Origin: Carpediemonas membranifera BICM
Taxonomy: Eukaryota > Protista > Fornicata
Length of the DNA stretch: 64,000 bases
Reading direction: 5' to 3'
Assembly: GCA_019828565.1 (NCBI GenBank)
Contig: JAHDYR010000066.1
Location: 124,001 to 188,000, forward strand
The position numbers and the translations under genes were made by a program. The notes under the pieces are model-generated. The model did no database searches and was not told the origin of the DNA. It was given only the letters and a program-made list of their open reading frames with translations. This document shows, one piece after another, positions 22,501 to 32,582 of the stretch (its first letter is position 1; the number at the start of each line of letters is the position of its first letter).

Positions 22501-22921
22501 CGACGATGTCCTCGACGTCGACCGGGGCAGAGGGCCCTGGGAGGGGCAGCCTGGTGCCCGCCAGGAACTCCATCTCGGAGTCCAGCAGGCTCGCTGGGTT
22601 GTCATCTTCCTCGGGGCTTGGCCGCTGCATCGTGGCGACTGACGGCCGGTTGAAGAGGAGGGTCCCCGACGCCCCAGGGACGGTGTTGGCGGTGCGGCTG
22701 TCCATGAACGTCTTGGGGAACTTCTGTGGCCTCTTGATTCCAGCGCGGCCATCTGGGTACGTCGTTGCGGACCCGTCGGCGACTGTGAACTCAAGTCTCG
22801 GCAGTCTGGCGCGGTCGTCGAAGATGACGAGCTGGCGCTTCAAGTCGATGGCAAGGTCCTCTATGGACTGCTCGTTGTCAGCATTGGAGCGCTTGGTCTC
22901 GTGCAGGTGTGCGAGCATCAT
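19547..22921 (-). CDS. INO80: INO80 chromatin-remodelling ATPase
   Basis: DBINO motif [44 protein letters not shown], split ATPase, [26 protein letters not shown]. Confidence 0.93.
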   Translation of the reverse strand: [1124 protein letters not shown]

Positions 22922-23276
22922 GCGGTGTAACGTCTGCTCTGTGTGAGGGTGAAAATGGGGACATACGGGGCAAAGAGAGGTTCGGGGTGGACCAGTCTGA
23001 ATACTTTCCGAGCTTGGATGGTGGAGCAAACGCGTTTGAGGCGATTGCAGCCTGTACACGGGTGTTCTCCTGAACGCGCTGCATGTGGTTGTCTGATCTC
23101 GTTGGACGTTTGATCCACGCGCTAAAGTCGCGAACATCGACAGTTTCGAACGCTCCAGCATGCATACTAGGCGCTGGATTGTTCATTTTGGCGTTGTCGC
23201 TCTCGTCGAGACAACAGTTACATGAATACATGACCTCATGTATATCCCACAAGAACCATGTCCGCTGGCTATTTAT

Positions 23277-24004
23277 CTACAGCAAGTACTCATACTTCAC
23301 CATGGGCGAATCGCTGATGACCTTGCGGACTTGCGTCAGGTCGACCTTTGTTACGTCCAGCAGCTGCACATCATCCATTTCAACATCCTCTTGCTCCTCC
23401 TCTTGCCCCTCCTCTTCCTGCTCATCGTCCTCCTCGCCGTCCTCCCCCTCGACCCCTTCACCCTCGTCACTCCCCTCACCGTCGGCCCCCTCGGCCTCCT
23501 GCTGTGCAAGCTCGTCCTGATCAGCCTTGATCAGCGCCACGTCTGTGATGTCCTCTCCATCTGGCTCTGCGGCGTCCTCTGCGGTGGGGTCGACGACGTT
23601 GACGTAATACCCAACCCGCACGAACTGCTGTAGCTTCTCGTGCTCCTCGGTGCTGTCCGGGAGCTCGGTGTAGCCGACGAAGAGGATGACGTTCAGCCCA
23701 TAGAAGTGCGCCTCGGGGACCTTGGCGGGGTCTGGTGCGTTGAGCTCCATGGTAAAACGATTGATGCCGCGAGTGATTGGCCCGATCCATACCTTTGAGA
23801 GTTCCTGGTCGAAGCTGTCGTCCGCTGGATGCCCGGCATATATCACGCGGAAGCAAAGGTCCTGTGTTAGTCTGTTTAAGGCGTACGCACTTGTTCGAGG
23901 GAATAGTCGGAATGCAGCGACACGGTGAACTTCACCTTGTCCGTAAAGAGGCTATCTGTCTCTGAAATTACGATCTTTTTGATAGACAGGCCTTCGCTCG
24001 TCAT
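23277..24004 (-). CDS. ASF1: Histone chaperone ASF1; 29-nt intron 23862-23890
   Basis: DLCFRVIYAG..FDQELSKVWIGP..APDPAKVP..FVRVGYYVN plus acidic tail. Intron GTGCGT..ACTAACACAG. Confidence 0.9.
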
Positions 24005-24157
24005 TCTGTCTGTGTTCAGTGCTTGGCGCAAGTTCTTTCCAACCCGCCCGACTCAATCGACTCGCCGGACACAGAGATCCTGCGGCACGGGCCTTCTGGG
24101 TCAGCAGCATACACAGCCCCCCGCACCCCGCGGTTTCTAGTCATTTATGGTACAGGA

Positions 24158-24839
24158 TCAGAGGTTGGCGGGCTTGCGGGGGAAGACCTCGCGGCGCGGC
24201 TCGATGACATTCGTGACGAGCGTGTGGCTGAACACGTCGCACGCCATAGCCTTCAGGGCCTCGTGCTCGCGCTCCTCCTCGGCGTCGGTGTGGGCCTCGC
24301 TGCCGAAGAACGAGAGCTTGAAGAGCAGCGCGCGGCGGTGCTTCAGCCAGTCGTACTGGAGGCTGGCGGTGAAGATCTCGATGGAGTTGAGGTTGCAGGT
24401 CTCCCGGTAGACCACGATCGCCTCAGCCGAGTCGAGCGCCAGCATTGCCATCGTGACGACGACGCGCCAGGCCGCGCTGAACTGCTCTGGGGCCATGATG
24501 ATGATGGGGACGTTGGCCCGCGTCTGCCCGTGGATCGTCGCGGCGACCGTGCACACGCGGCCCTCGATCTCGAACTCGTCGCAGACGGTGGACGGTGTCA
24601 ACGAGAGCTGCTGGACACTGTGGCCGTGGCGGTCCAGGATTCGGGAGATGCGATCGACCGCGGTGGTCTGCTGGAAGAACTGCGTCTGTGGCAGGTGTAT
24701 CTGGAGGTTGCGGGCGGCAAAAGCAGGAAGCGACTGTCTGAATTGAGAGCGATGTGCGCGGATCCGGCGCGTCGAAGGCATGGCCCGGCGAAAGGGGCGA
24801 AGGGAACGCGCTCAGCGCCTGTCTAAGGACGGAAAGCAT
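24158..24839 (-). pseudogene. Copy 2 of the 226-aa hypothetical gene, frameshifted by one extra base
   Basis: A4 at 24719-24722 versus T3 in copy 1; may be a sequencing indel. Confidence 0.55.
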
Positions 24840-24961
24840 CGCTTTGTTTTTGTGGTTTGTTGCACTGTCACGATGTAACGTCACAGTGTCTAGACCGAAT
24901 CGTATCTTGCAAATCTAGAAATCTCGCAAATCAAGGCTGCGCCCGGTGCGGTTTAGAACGG

Positions 24962-25713
24962 CTACAGCGAGAAGATGTCGAACGCTGGTGGCGACCTCGC
25001 AGCACGCGGCTTTGCCGACACGCGCTGCCGGTGGCGCTTCTTGATGGGCGTCACCGCCTCCTCCTTGACCCTCCGCCGCGGCGTCTCCCGCGGCGCTGGG
25101 TCCGTCTGCACGGCCATGTCGCCGGTGACGACGGGCTCGGGTCTGCCCTGCTCGGCGACCTCACGCAGCAGCGTCTCGAGCGCCCCCACGCGTGCCTCGA
25201 GCGTGGTCGCGAGCCCGGCCTGCTGGGTCTGCAGCGCCGCGAGGGCGTCGTCCATGGCGCGGTATTGGGCGTGCATGCCCGCCTCCTGCTGGCCGAGCGC
25301 AGCGCCAAGGCCCTCGACGGCGGAGCGCAAGGTCTCGAGAGACGCCTCGATGGGCGCGAGGCCCTGCGACGGCTCGACCGGCTGGACGGCCGTGATCTGC
25401 TTCTCGAGGTCGCGGAGCTGCTTGACGTTCTCCTGCAGCGCGACCTTGATGAAGTACAGGTCCGACGAGGCCGCGGGCGGCGCCGGTGCGGTTCGGATGG
25501 CGGTCTTCTGCGTCACGGCGCTGCTTTGCCTCATGAGACCGCCAGGGGGCTTCTGCACGAAGCCGCTGGGCTGGAAAGGCACCTGGACGCGGTTCTCGCG
25601 CGCCGGGAGCAGCGCTGCGCCCTGTGTGTACGTGTTTGTGCTGCTGTGAGGTGCTGGAGAGTGACATACTATTGCGACGCGCCGTATTGCTGGCTTCGCG
25701 ACTGGCTGAACAT
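24962..25713 (-). CDS. Copy 2 of the SQ/TQ coiled-coil protein; intron 25644-25669
   Basis: Mirror of 9450-10201. Confidence 0.7.
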
Positions 25714-25963
25714 TCTGCCATCTCCGGCGTGGCCAAAAGTGCGCCGCCGGCTGCGCTCCCCGGCCAGCCGTATGCATTCGCGTGGCCCCGCTCGGACAGC
25801 TGGTGTCGTTGCATCACATCGGTTGCGCGTCGATCGGGCGAGACGCGGTTGGCCTCGAGCTCGCACCGCAGGGGAAGTCTCTGGCCGCGGGGAACACCGG
25901 GGCTGCGGCAGGGGCCGTATACATGCGGCGAGGTGACACGTAATTTTCGGCCAAAATACTACG

Positions 25964-27308
25964 ATGCCCCTAGCGATAGAAGACGTGCTCGCCGCGCTGC
26001 GGGGATTGGTTGATGCCGTTAAAATCGAGGACAGCGACGGTAAGCCCTCGAAAGTGGGCTCCAAACTGAAGAGACCGTTCGTATCACTACGCACCTCGCT
26101 TATCCAGCCCGATCGCGCTCTTTTCCGCCATCTCGTCCGCCATTCAGGACAGCTGCGCCACTAACGGCCGGAAATTCCCCTCCGTGGACGCCCCCGGCGC
26201 CGAGGAGATGAAGGCAGACTCGTCGCTGAAGAAGAAGTTCATCCGCGGGCTCTACAAGGACGTGTACCCCGACGCCGCCTCAGACGACGTCTCCGCGTTC
26301 GCCAAGGCGGCGATCTCGGGCAAGTGCGACGAGCAGACGCTCTTCCAGTTCTTCTGCGACCTTGGAGCCAAGGCGCGCGAAGGCGAGGCCAAGAAGGAGC
26401 CCGAGAAGAAGGCCGAGAAGGCCCCCGAGAAGAAGGTTGAGAAGAAGGCTGAGAAGACCGAACACAAGGAGCGCCCCAAGGAGAAGAAGCCCGACGACGA
26501 GAAGCGGCCACACAAGGAGCCGGCGCCCGAGAAGGAGCCCGCCCCTGAGCGCAAGGAGAGGAAGGAGCGGCACGAGAAGGCCGAGGCCCGCAAGGAGCAC
26601 CGCGAGCACAAGCCCGCCGAGGACAAGAAGGAGCGCGAGCACCACAAACCCAAGCCCGAGCCGGCGAAGCCCGATGAGCCCAAGAAGCCCCGTGAGCACA
26701 AGGAGCGCAAGCCCGCCAACCCTGAGCCGCTCCCCGCGCCCGCCGAGCCCGAGCCTGAGGCGCCCGCGCAGGAGGCGCAGGCGGTCCGGCAGCACCGGGC
26801 AGCCCGCCCCCAGTCCGCCCGACGCCCGCCCCCGTCGCGCAAGGCCGGCCGGCAGAGTGCGAAGCAGCGGCAGGAACCAGAGCCAGAGCCAGAGCTCGTG
26901 GCCGACCTCGGCATCGGCGTCGCCGCGGAGGAGGTCGAGCCGGGCGACATGCTCGCCATGCCGCTCGGGTCCGCGCACGATGTCGAGGCGCTCAAGGCCG
27001 GCGTGCTGCGCGTGAACAACGACACCGAGGCGCTGTCGCGGCTGGTGAAGCAGGTCCCCGTGCTCCTCGGCCTGATGACCCAGGAGCGCGAGACGTGCGT
27101 CCGCAAGCGCGCCGAGCTGACCGCGGCGCTGACACGGAAGCGCGAGGCCAACAGCACGCGCATCGAGGCGAAGAAGGCGGAGCTCGCCCGCATCCGCGAG
27201 CAGCGCCAGGCGCTTGAGCGGCGAATGGCAGCGCGCACCGCCGACCTGCGTCAGCAGCGCGCCGAGCAGCTGGCGGAGTTCGAGGCGAACTACCTGGCGG
27301 CCGACTGA
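25964..27308 (+). CDS. IFT54: IFT54-like protein, copy 2; intron 26077-26107
   Basis: Mirror of 7860-9198 with a different KE-rich linker. Confidence 0.65.
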
Positions 27309-27420
27309 GGATGTATGCTACCCTGCCCGCTGTACTGTACATAAAGCCCTCCTTTCGTCAGAATTTATAACCAACGTAAATCGATAATGCCTGTTGACGC
27401 GTGCATGCACCGCCCGCTCC

Positions 27421-27616
27421 TCACTGAGCAATGACGACGCCGGCCTTCTTGCTCACCAGCAGCGCAAGCGCCCGCCCGATCGTCATCTCAAACCCACCAA
27501 CGTCAATCATCTGATTGGGGATGATGAGGTCGAGGTCCCGCTTCCGCCCGACGAGCGACAGCACGCAGTCGAAGTCGGCGCGATCCCCAGTGACCTTCGT
27601 GATGACGTCGGACGAC
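27421..27616 (-). pseudogene. Duplicated 3' fragment of the PH-domain gene
   Basis: SSDVITKVTGDR..GVVIAQ* matches 7552-7747; 5' part absent. Confidence 0.85.
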
Positions 27617-29110
27617 TGCACGGCAGTCATCCCCAAGACCCACCAACGATGGCCAACAACGATGTGTTGAATGCTGTTGCGTGCATAGATGAGTTCTTGC
27701 GTGGTATTGATGCTGCTAATTGTGCCGATGAGGCATCTATGTTGGTGGTGGCACGGATTCAGCGTCTCTACGAGCACCCATGCCTTCATCGCGAGCTTCC
27801 AACCGACAGAAAGAAGGCACTACTTAACGCTTATCGAGTTTCTACTACCGTGGCACGTAGCATCCCGGGCGATGTTACATCTGCCCTTGCCCGTGCCTAC
27901 CGTGCTGAGCTTGGTGAGGACATCGCCTCGCATGAGGACGCACTCGATGACTTGACTAAGGCGATGCAGGCTATCCCACCGCTCTGCACTGACGCTAAGG
28001 TACACATGGGGCGGGCCTGGTCGCTGCTGGCCTCGCCCACGCTAAGCATGGACATCCCATTGAAGGTGGGGGAGAGCCTGCCCGATACGGTATACACCCT
28101 GCTGCAGGGCACGATCTGGTCGATCCTCATGGCTTCTGGGGCGTCACCCGAGCTTGACGGACGGGGACCGGTGTCACTGAAGCTCCCCTGGTTCCTATGC
28201 AGGAAGTTCTTGTTCGCTCACAGAATCGCCGAAAAGGACGGCGTTGTAGCGTACAGGTCGATCAGAAACTCCTTTCGCCTCTACGCGGGCCGTCTGTTCA
28301 CGCGACACGAGATCGTCGGTGCCAACCGGGCCACCTTTACCCGCGTCTGTGCCCCGCCGACCGTGGAGATACACAGCGACGGCCTCGCCAACATAGCAGT
28401 GACAGCCAAGGGCCTATACGGCTGGGGTTCTAACGACGAGGACGTGCTGGGTCTCGCCAGTGCAGTGGTCGCGACCCCCAGCCGCATCCCGTTCCACCGC
28501 TGTCCAGAAGTCGACCGATACGAGCGGTCCCTGCCGCCGTGGGGCAAGGACCGCCTCGTGCTTGGGATGCACCTCAGCTTCTGCCAATCGTTCATCCATA
28601 CACCCGTTGGCATCGTCGTCGCGGGTACTTTCCAGGATTGTTTCTCTGACGGTGTCCACGCCGGGTTTACGGGCTTTCTACCAGTCCTCCTGCCCCCGGG
28701 CTTTGTCCCAGACACGATGATGGTGTCGTATGGCATGCTGCTCGTCCTGCGGCAGCCAGCAGTTCATCGGCGGACTCAACGACTTTGGCCAGCTCGGCAT
28801 TGACGCCATCGACGATGATGACGCCCAGCCGGACTTCTTCCGGCCCATGACATTCCCGGTCGACCGCGTACTGACGTCGAACCAGCATGGCTACGCGATA
28901 TTCGTCAGTGGCCGCCGGCTGATGTTCGCAGGCCTCGTGCCCCCCAGCCTGCATGGCCAACCCTTCTTTGGCCGCATAATCGCCGAGGACGAAGAGTAAG
29001 AGAACAGTCTAAATTCATCCCGGGGGGTTGACAGCCTAAGCCTTCTTTACATGAACCCCCAGTAAATACCTCTAAACGCTACACTTGTTTGTATTGATCC
29101 TTATCCTGCA
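27617..29110 (+). mobile_element. Putative non-autonomous element related to the Fanzor element, carrying an RCC1-like gene; right end uncertain (about 29081-29110)
   Basis: Starts with TGCACGGCAGT (identical to 35570-35580). Contains the approx. 65-bp module 29014-29081, similar to 38050-38119. Confidence 0.55.
27649..28999 (+). CDS. RCC1/BLIP-II-like repeat protein; frameshift near 28745
   Basis: GLYGWGSNDEDVLGL..TPSRIPF, then in the next frame FIGGLNDFGQLGI (RCC1 repeat cores). A 2-nt loss at GTC(TC)CTGC would join the frames. Confidence 0.6.
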
Positions 29111-29166
29111 CATGATCGGATAAATCAAATGATGCCACTAGTTTACACTCAAAGCCTACAAGTACA

Positions 29167-30942
29167 CTACTCCCTGAGCCCCTGCACCTCCGCCAGGACC
29201 TCCCGGACCATCGCCCCGATGTTGCCAAGGATGTTGGCCTGGCAGTCGACGTCGGACATCAGTACGTCCAGATGCTCCCTCGCCGAGCACGCCACGGAGT
29301 TCAGTGCGCCCTCGAGCATGATCTTCTCGTCCCGCGCCTTCTTGAGCAGGTCCGACTCCGTGTCCGCCGACCGGGCCGCCAGCGCCTTCCTCGTACTCTC
29401 GAGCTGGGCGTAGAGCTCGGCGTTCTGCTCGGCCGCGCGGTGCTGCTCCAATCGCCGCGCCCGCTCGGCCTCGTCGAGCTCGGTCATGGCGTTCTTGAGC
29501 TGAGTCAGGAGCCCTCCGCTGCCGGCGTCGATCTTGTTCTCGAGGACCTTGATCTCCTCGTACGCCGCCTTCAGCTCCTCCATGGCCTCCTCTTTCTGGG
29601 CAATCGCCTCCTCGGTCGCCTCAGCGTCACCCAGGTTCTGGTCTTCGATGACCTTCTTAAGGTGCGCGATCTCGGCCTTGAGGTCGGCAATGAAGGCATC
29701 CCCCTCCTCGGCCTCACTGCCCCCGTCCACGGCCGTCTCCGGCGCTGCTCCGCCCTGTGCATCTGTTGCTGGTGCTCTCATGGGCCCTGAATGGAGCAGT
29801 CGCCCCATCTCCTCGAGCTGCACCGCGATCGTCTCGTTCGCAGCGCTCAGCTCGCTCTTCAGACGCTCGACCTCCTCGGCCGTCTGACTCTCCCTCAACA
29901 GGGCTAGACGGAGCTCTGCCCTCCTCCTGGCGGCGTCCGCGGCCTCAACCTTGTCCGCCATCGCCGAGAGCTCGCCCTGCTTCGAATCCAGTCTGGCCAG
30001 CAGGTCTGAGACCTCCTCTGTCGGGCTGCTGAGGGTCTCGCCCCTCTCGTGCAGGGCCTTGGTATCCGACTCGAGCATGGCGACGACGAGGTCGAGCTCG
30101 GCCTGCTTATCTCCGATCTCACTGGACAGCACGTCCACATCGGCCTGCAGGCTGGTGTTCTCGGCCTCGAGCTCGACCAGTCGCTTGGCCATCTCCTGGT
30201 AGTCCTCGAGCTGGCCCTGGGCGGCTGTGAGCTCCACTCTAAGGCCCAGCACGGCCTGCGCGTCGACGTCTGCCTCCTTCTCACGACGGAGCCGGTCGGC
30301 CTGGGTGCGGAGCTCCTTGTTGATGCCCTTCAGCGAGTCATACTCCCGTCTGAGCGAGTGGTACGCCCCCTGCATCTCGAGCAGCTCCTTGTCCGACGTC
30401 GTCTTCACCCGGGACAGCCGGCTCTCCGTCTGCTGTGTCAGCATCATCACCTGATCGTTTCTGTCGGCCAAACTGGCCTTGAGCTCCGCCACGGCGTCCT
30501 GCAGCGGCCTGGTTTCTCGCGCTATGCGTCTCTCGACAGAGATGGTCGCGTCCTCGAGCTCCTCGCGGAGACTCCGCGTCTCGATGTCCAGGTGTGCCAG
30601 TCTGTCCTTGTACTCGTTGATGGTCTCGTTGGCCACCTGGTTCTTCTTCCGTTCGTCGGATATTTGGACTTGGAGAACGTTGGTTGTTCGAACCTGGCTC
30701 TCAAACCGCTGCTGAAGGGCCGAAAGTTGGTGCCGCAGCTTCTTGATCTCCATTGCCTCGTTGCCGCTGAGCTGATCGAACACCAGCTCCTCTGTGCCGA
30801 CAGTACGGGGTGATGGCGGCTCCATCTGCAGCTGCGTAGCTTTGGCGACGGAGAGGATGTCGCGAGCTTTTTGGAGCTTATCCAGTGTGGCGACACGTCG
30901 GTCGAATTCGGCCGTGCTTTCCGGTGATGCCCCAAGCTCCAT
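29167..30942 (-). CDS. Long coiled-coil protein, 591 aa
   Basis: E/L/A/K-rich heptads throughout. Confidence 0.8.
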   Translation of the reverse strand: MELGASPESTAEFDRRVATLDKLQKARDILSVAKATQLQMEPPSPRTVGTEELVFDQLSGNEAMEIKKLRHQLSALQQRFESQVRTTNVLQVQISDERKKNQVANETINEYKDRLAHLDIETRSLREELEDATISVERRIARETRPLQDAVAELKASLADRNDQVMMLTQQTESRLSRVKTTSDKELLEMQGAYHSLRREYDSLKGINKELRTQADRLRREKEADVDAQAVLGLRVELTAAQGQLEDYQEMAKRLVELEAENTSLQADVDVLSSEIGDKQAELDLVVAMLESDTKALHERGETLSSPTEEVSDLLARLDSKQGELSAMADKVEAADAARRRAELRLALLRESQTAEEVERLKSELSAANETIAVQLEEMGRLLHSGPMRAPATDAQGGAAPETAVDGGSEAEEGDAFIADLKAEIAHLKKVIEDQNLGDAEATEEAIAQKEEAMEELKAAYEEIKVLENKIDAGSGGLLTQLKNAMTELDEAERARRLEQHRAAEQNAELYAQLESTRKALAARSADTESDLLKKARDEKIMLEGALNSVACSAREHLDVLMSDVDCQANILGNIGAMVREVLAEVQGLRE

Positions 30943-31084
30943 GCGATGGGTTTTGTCAGCCGGAAAAGAAACGCGACATCTAAAGGCGGCTGAGGTGAGC
31001 GAAGCTTGCCGTGCCTACTGGAGTGACTCTTTGACCACTTGCACGCCCGTAAAAACTATTCGCAGTTTATGCCTGACGAGCCAA

Positions 31085-32374
31085 ATGCTGATCATCAAGG
31101 GCGGTGTTTGGACTTCCACGGAAGATGAGGTTCTCAAAGCAGCAGTAGCAAAGTATGGGACAAATCAGTGGCAGCGAATTGCGTCCTTGATCCGAACCAA
31201 GACAGCAAAGCTTTGCAAGGCCCGCTGGTACTCCTGGCTTGATCCTACAATCAAAAAGACTGACTGGAAGTCTGAGGAAGAGCAAAAGCTTCTCATGGCT
31301 GTCCGTATGCGTCCCAATCAGTGGCAGGACATCGCCTCGATCGTCAACCAAGGCAACGAGGTCCTATCACGCCGCACCCCCGAGCAGTGTCGCGAGCACT
31401 ATGTGCGCATGTCCTCCCGTATCGCCCAGCAGGAGGATTCCGTGGATGCTGCAGACATCCTCCCGCTCGAGGCCCTGCCCGCCCGGGGCACGGAGGGAGA
31501 GCCGGGGCCCGACGAGCAAGACATGCTGCTTGAGGCGCGGGCCAGGATGGCCAACACAAAGGGCAAGAAGGCCAAGCGGCTCGAGCGGGAACGGCTGATG
31601 GATCGTGGGCGGCGGCAGGCGATGCTGGCCAAGCGAAGGGAGATGGCCGGCCGTGGGCAGGCCATGGGGGCCATACGACGCACCAGCAAGGCCTGGGACA
31701 TCGACTACGCCACGGAGATCCCGTTCGAGCACGCGCCCCCGCCTGGTCTGTTCCAGAGTACCGAGGCCGAGCTCAAAAAGGGCCAGCTGCTGCGGAAGCC
31801 CAAGCAGGATAGCAAGGAAGAGGAGAAGAAGGACAGCGGCGTTCGGCGGACGGACATTGACGGCATTGACCTCGAGGACATCACACGCGTTACTCTGCCG
31901 AAGACCAAGACACGCGACGCAGTTTCCGTGGACGTCAAGCTGCAGCCACAGGCCGCCACACATGCCCATGTCCGTCCAACAGTGGGCAAGTCAACGATGG
32001 CCGACCGGGGCTGGACGGCCGGCCGGGTCGGGGTCGAGACCGTGACGAGGACGCCCGAGGAGTGTCTGGCTGAGGCTGGCCGCATGGTGCAGCGGGCCGT
32101 GGCGGCAGACGACACGACATACGGGCCCGACCCGGTCCCCGCCCTCCCCATGGCCGTCGTGCTGGGGGAGGTCGTGCGACTAACTAAGCTGGCCAGGGCC
32201 AGGGCGAAAGGGCACCGGGCCCGGACGACAGACGCGATACAGGACCACACTGCCGCTGTGGACCACTATATGGCCCTCAGAGCTGGCCTCGCGGACAGGC
32301 GGTGCGAGTTGGCGGCACTGCGTCATGCCGCTGAGCTCGAGAAGTCCGCGGCAGAGCGCAGGGCAGCCCGCTGA
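31085..32374 (+). CDS. CDC5L: CDC5L/Cef1 Myb-domain splicing factor
   Basis: IIKGGVWTSTEDEVLKAAVAKYGTNQWQRIASL..WLDPTIKKTDW..EARARMANTKGKKAKR..IDYATEIPFE. Confidence 0.95.
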   Translation: MLIIKGGVWTSTEDEVLKAAVAKYGTNQWQRIASLIRTKTAKLCKARWYSWLDPTIKKTDWKSEEEQKLLMAVRMRPNQWQDIASIVNQGNEVLSRRTPEQCREHYVRMSSRIAQQEDSVDAADILPLEALPARGTEGEPGPDEQDMLLEARARMANTKGKKAKRLERERLMDRGRRQAMLAKRREMAGRGQAMGAIRRTSKAWDIDYATEIPFEHAPPPGLFQSTEAELKKGQLLRKPKQDSKEEEKKDSGVRRTDIDGIDLEDITRVTLPKTKTRDAVSVDVKLQPQAATHAHVRPTVGKSTMADRGWTAGRVGVETVTRTPEECLAEAGRMVQRAVAADDTTYGPDPVPALPMAVVLGEVVRLTKLARARAKGHRARTTDAIQDHTAAVDHYMALRAGLADRRCELAALRHAAELEKSAAERRAAR

Positions 32375-32582
32375 GACATGGTTAGGGTCATGGTTGTCGA
32401 TATGACACTATATTATTGGTGTTGGTAAATGTTCGCCATCGTTGACCGCGGAAGAATAATCCGGACCACAAATTATCTGAGTTGACACGGGTCAAGGATG
32501 GTCGTCGGCATGTCATCGGCGGTTAGACGGCGGGTGCATGCAGGGAGTACTAGGTTTACAAAGACAAAGGTTACAGAGAGGG

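Larger units (their letters stand above)
24112..27616. repeat. Right arm of the 3.5-kb inverted duplication
   Basis: Reverse complement of 7552-11049 (3505 vs 3498 bp). Confidence 0.97.

Noticed and set aside
16717-24004. Functional cluster of chromatin genes (EPL1, INO80, ASF1), and likewise RMI1/FEN1/XPB
   Set aside because: Interspersed with unrelated genes in a compact genome; no evidence of co-regulation.
24075-24095. GATCCTGCGGCAC near the second duplication breakpoint as another copy of the 31-bp module
   Set aside because: The match is too short and gapped to distinguish from chance.
27394-27648. N-terminal extension of the 469-aa ORF as a chimeric gene
   Set aside because: It is antisense read-through of the duplicated PH-gene fragment; the plausible start is ATG 27649.
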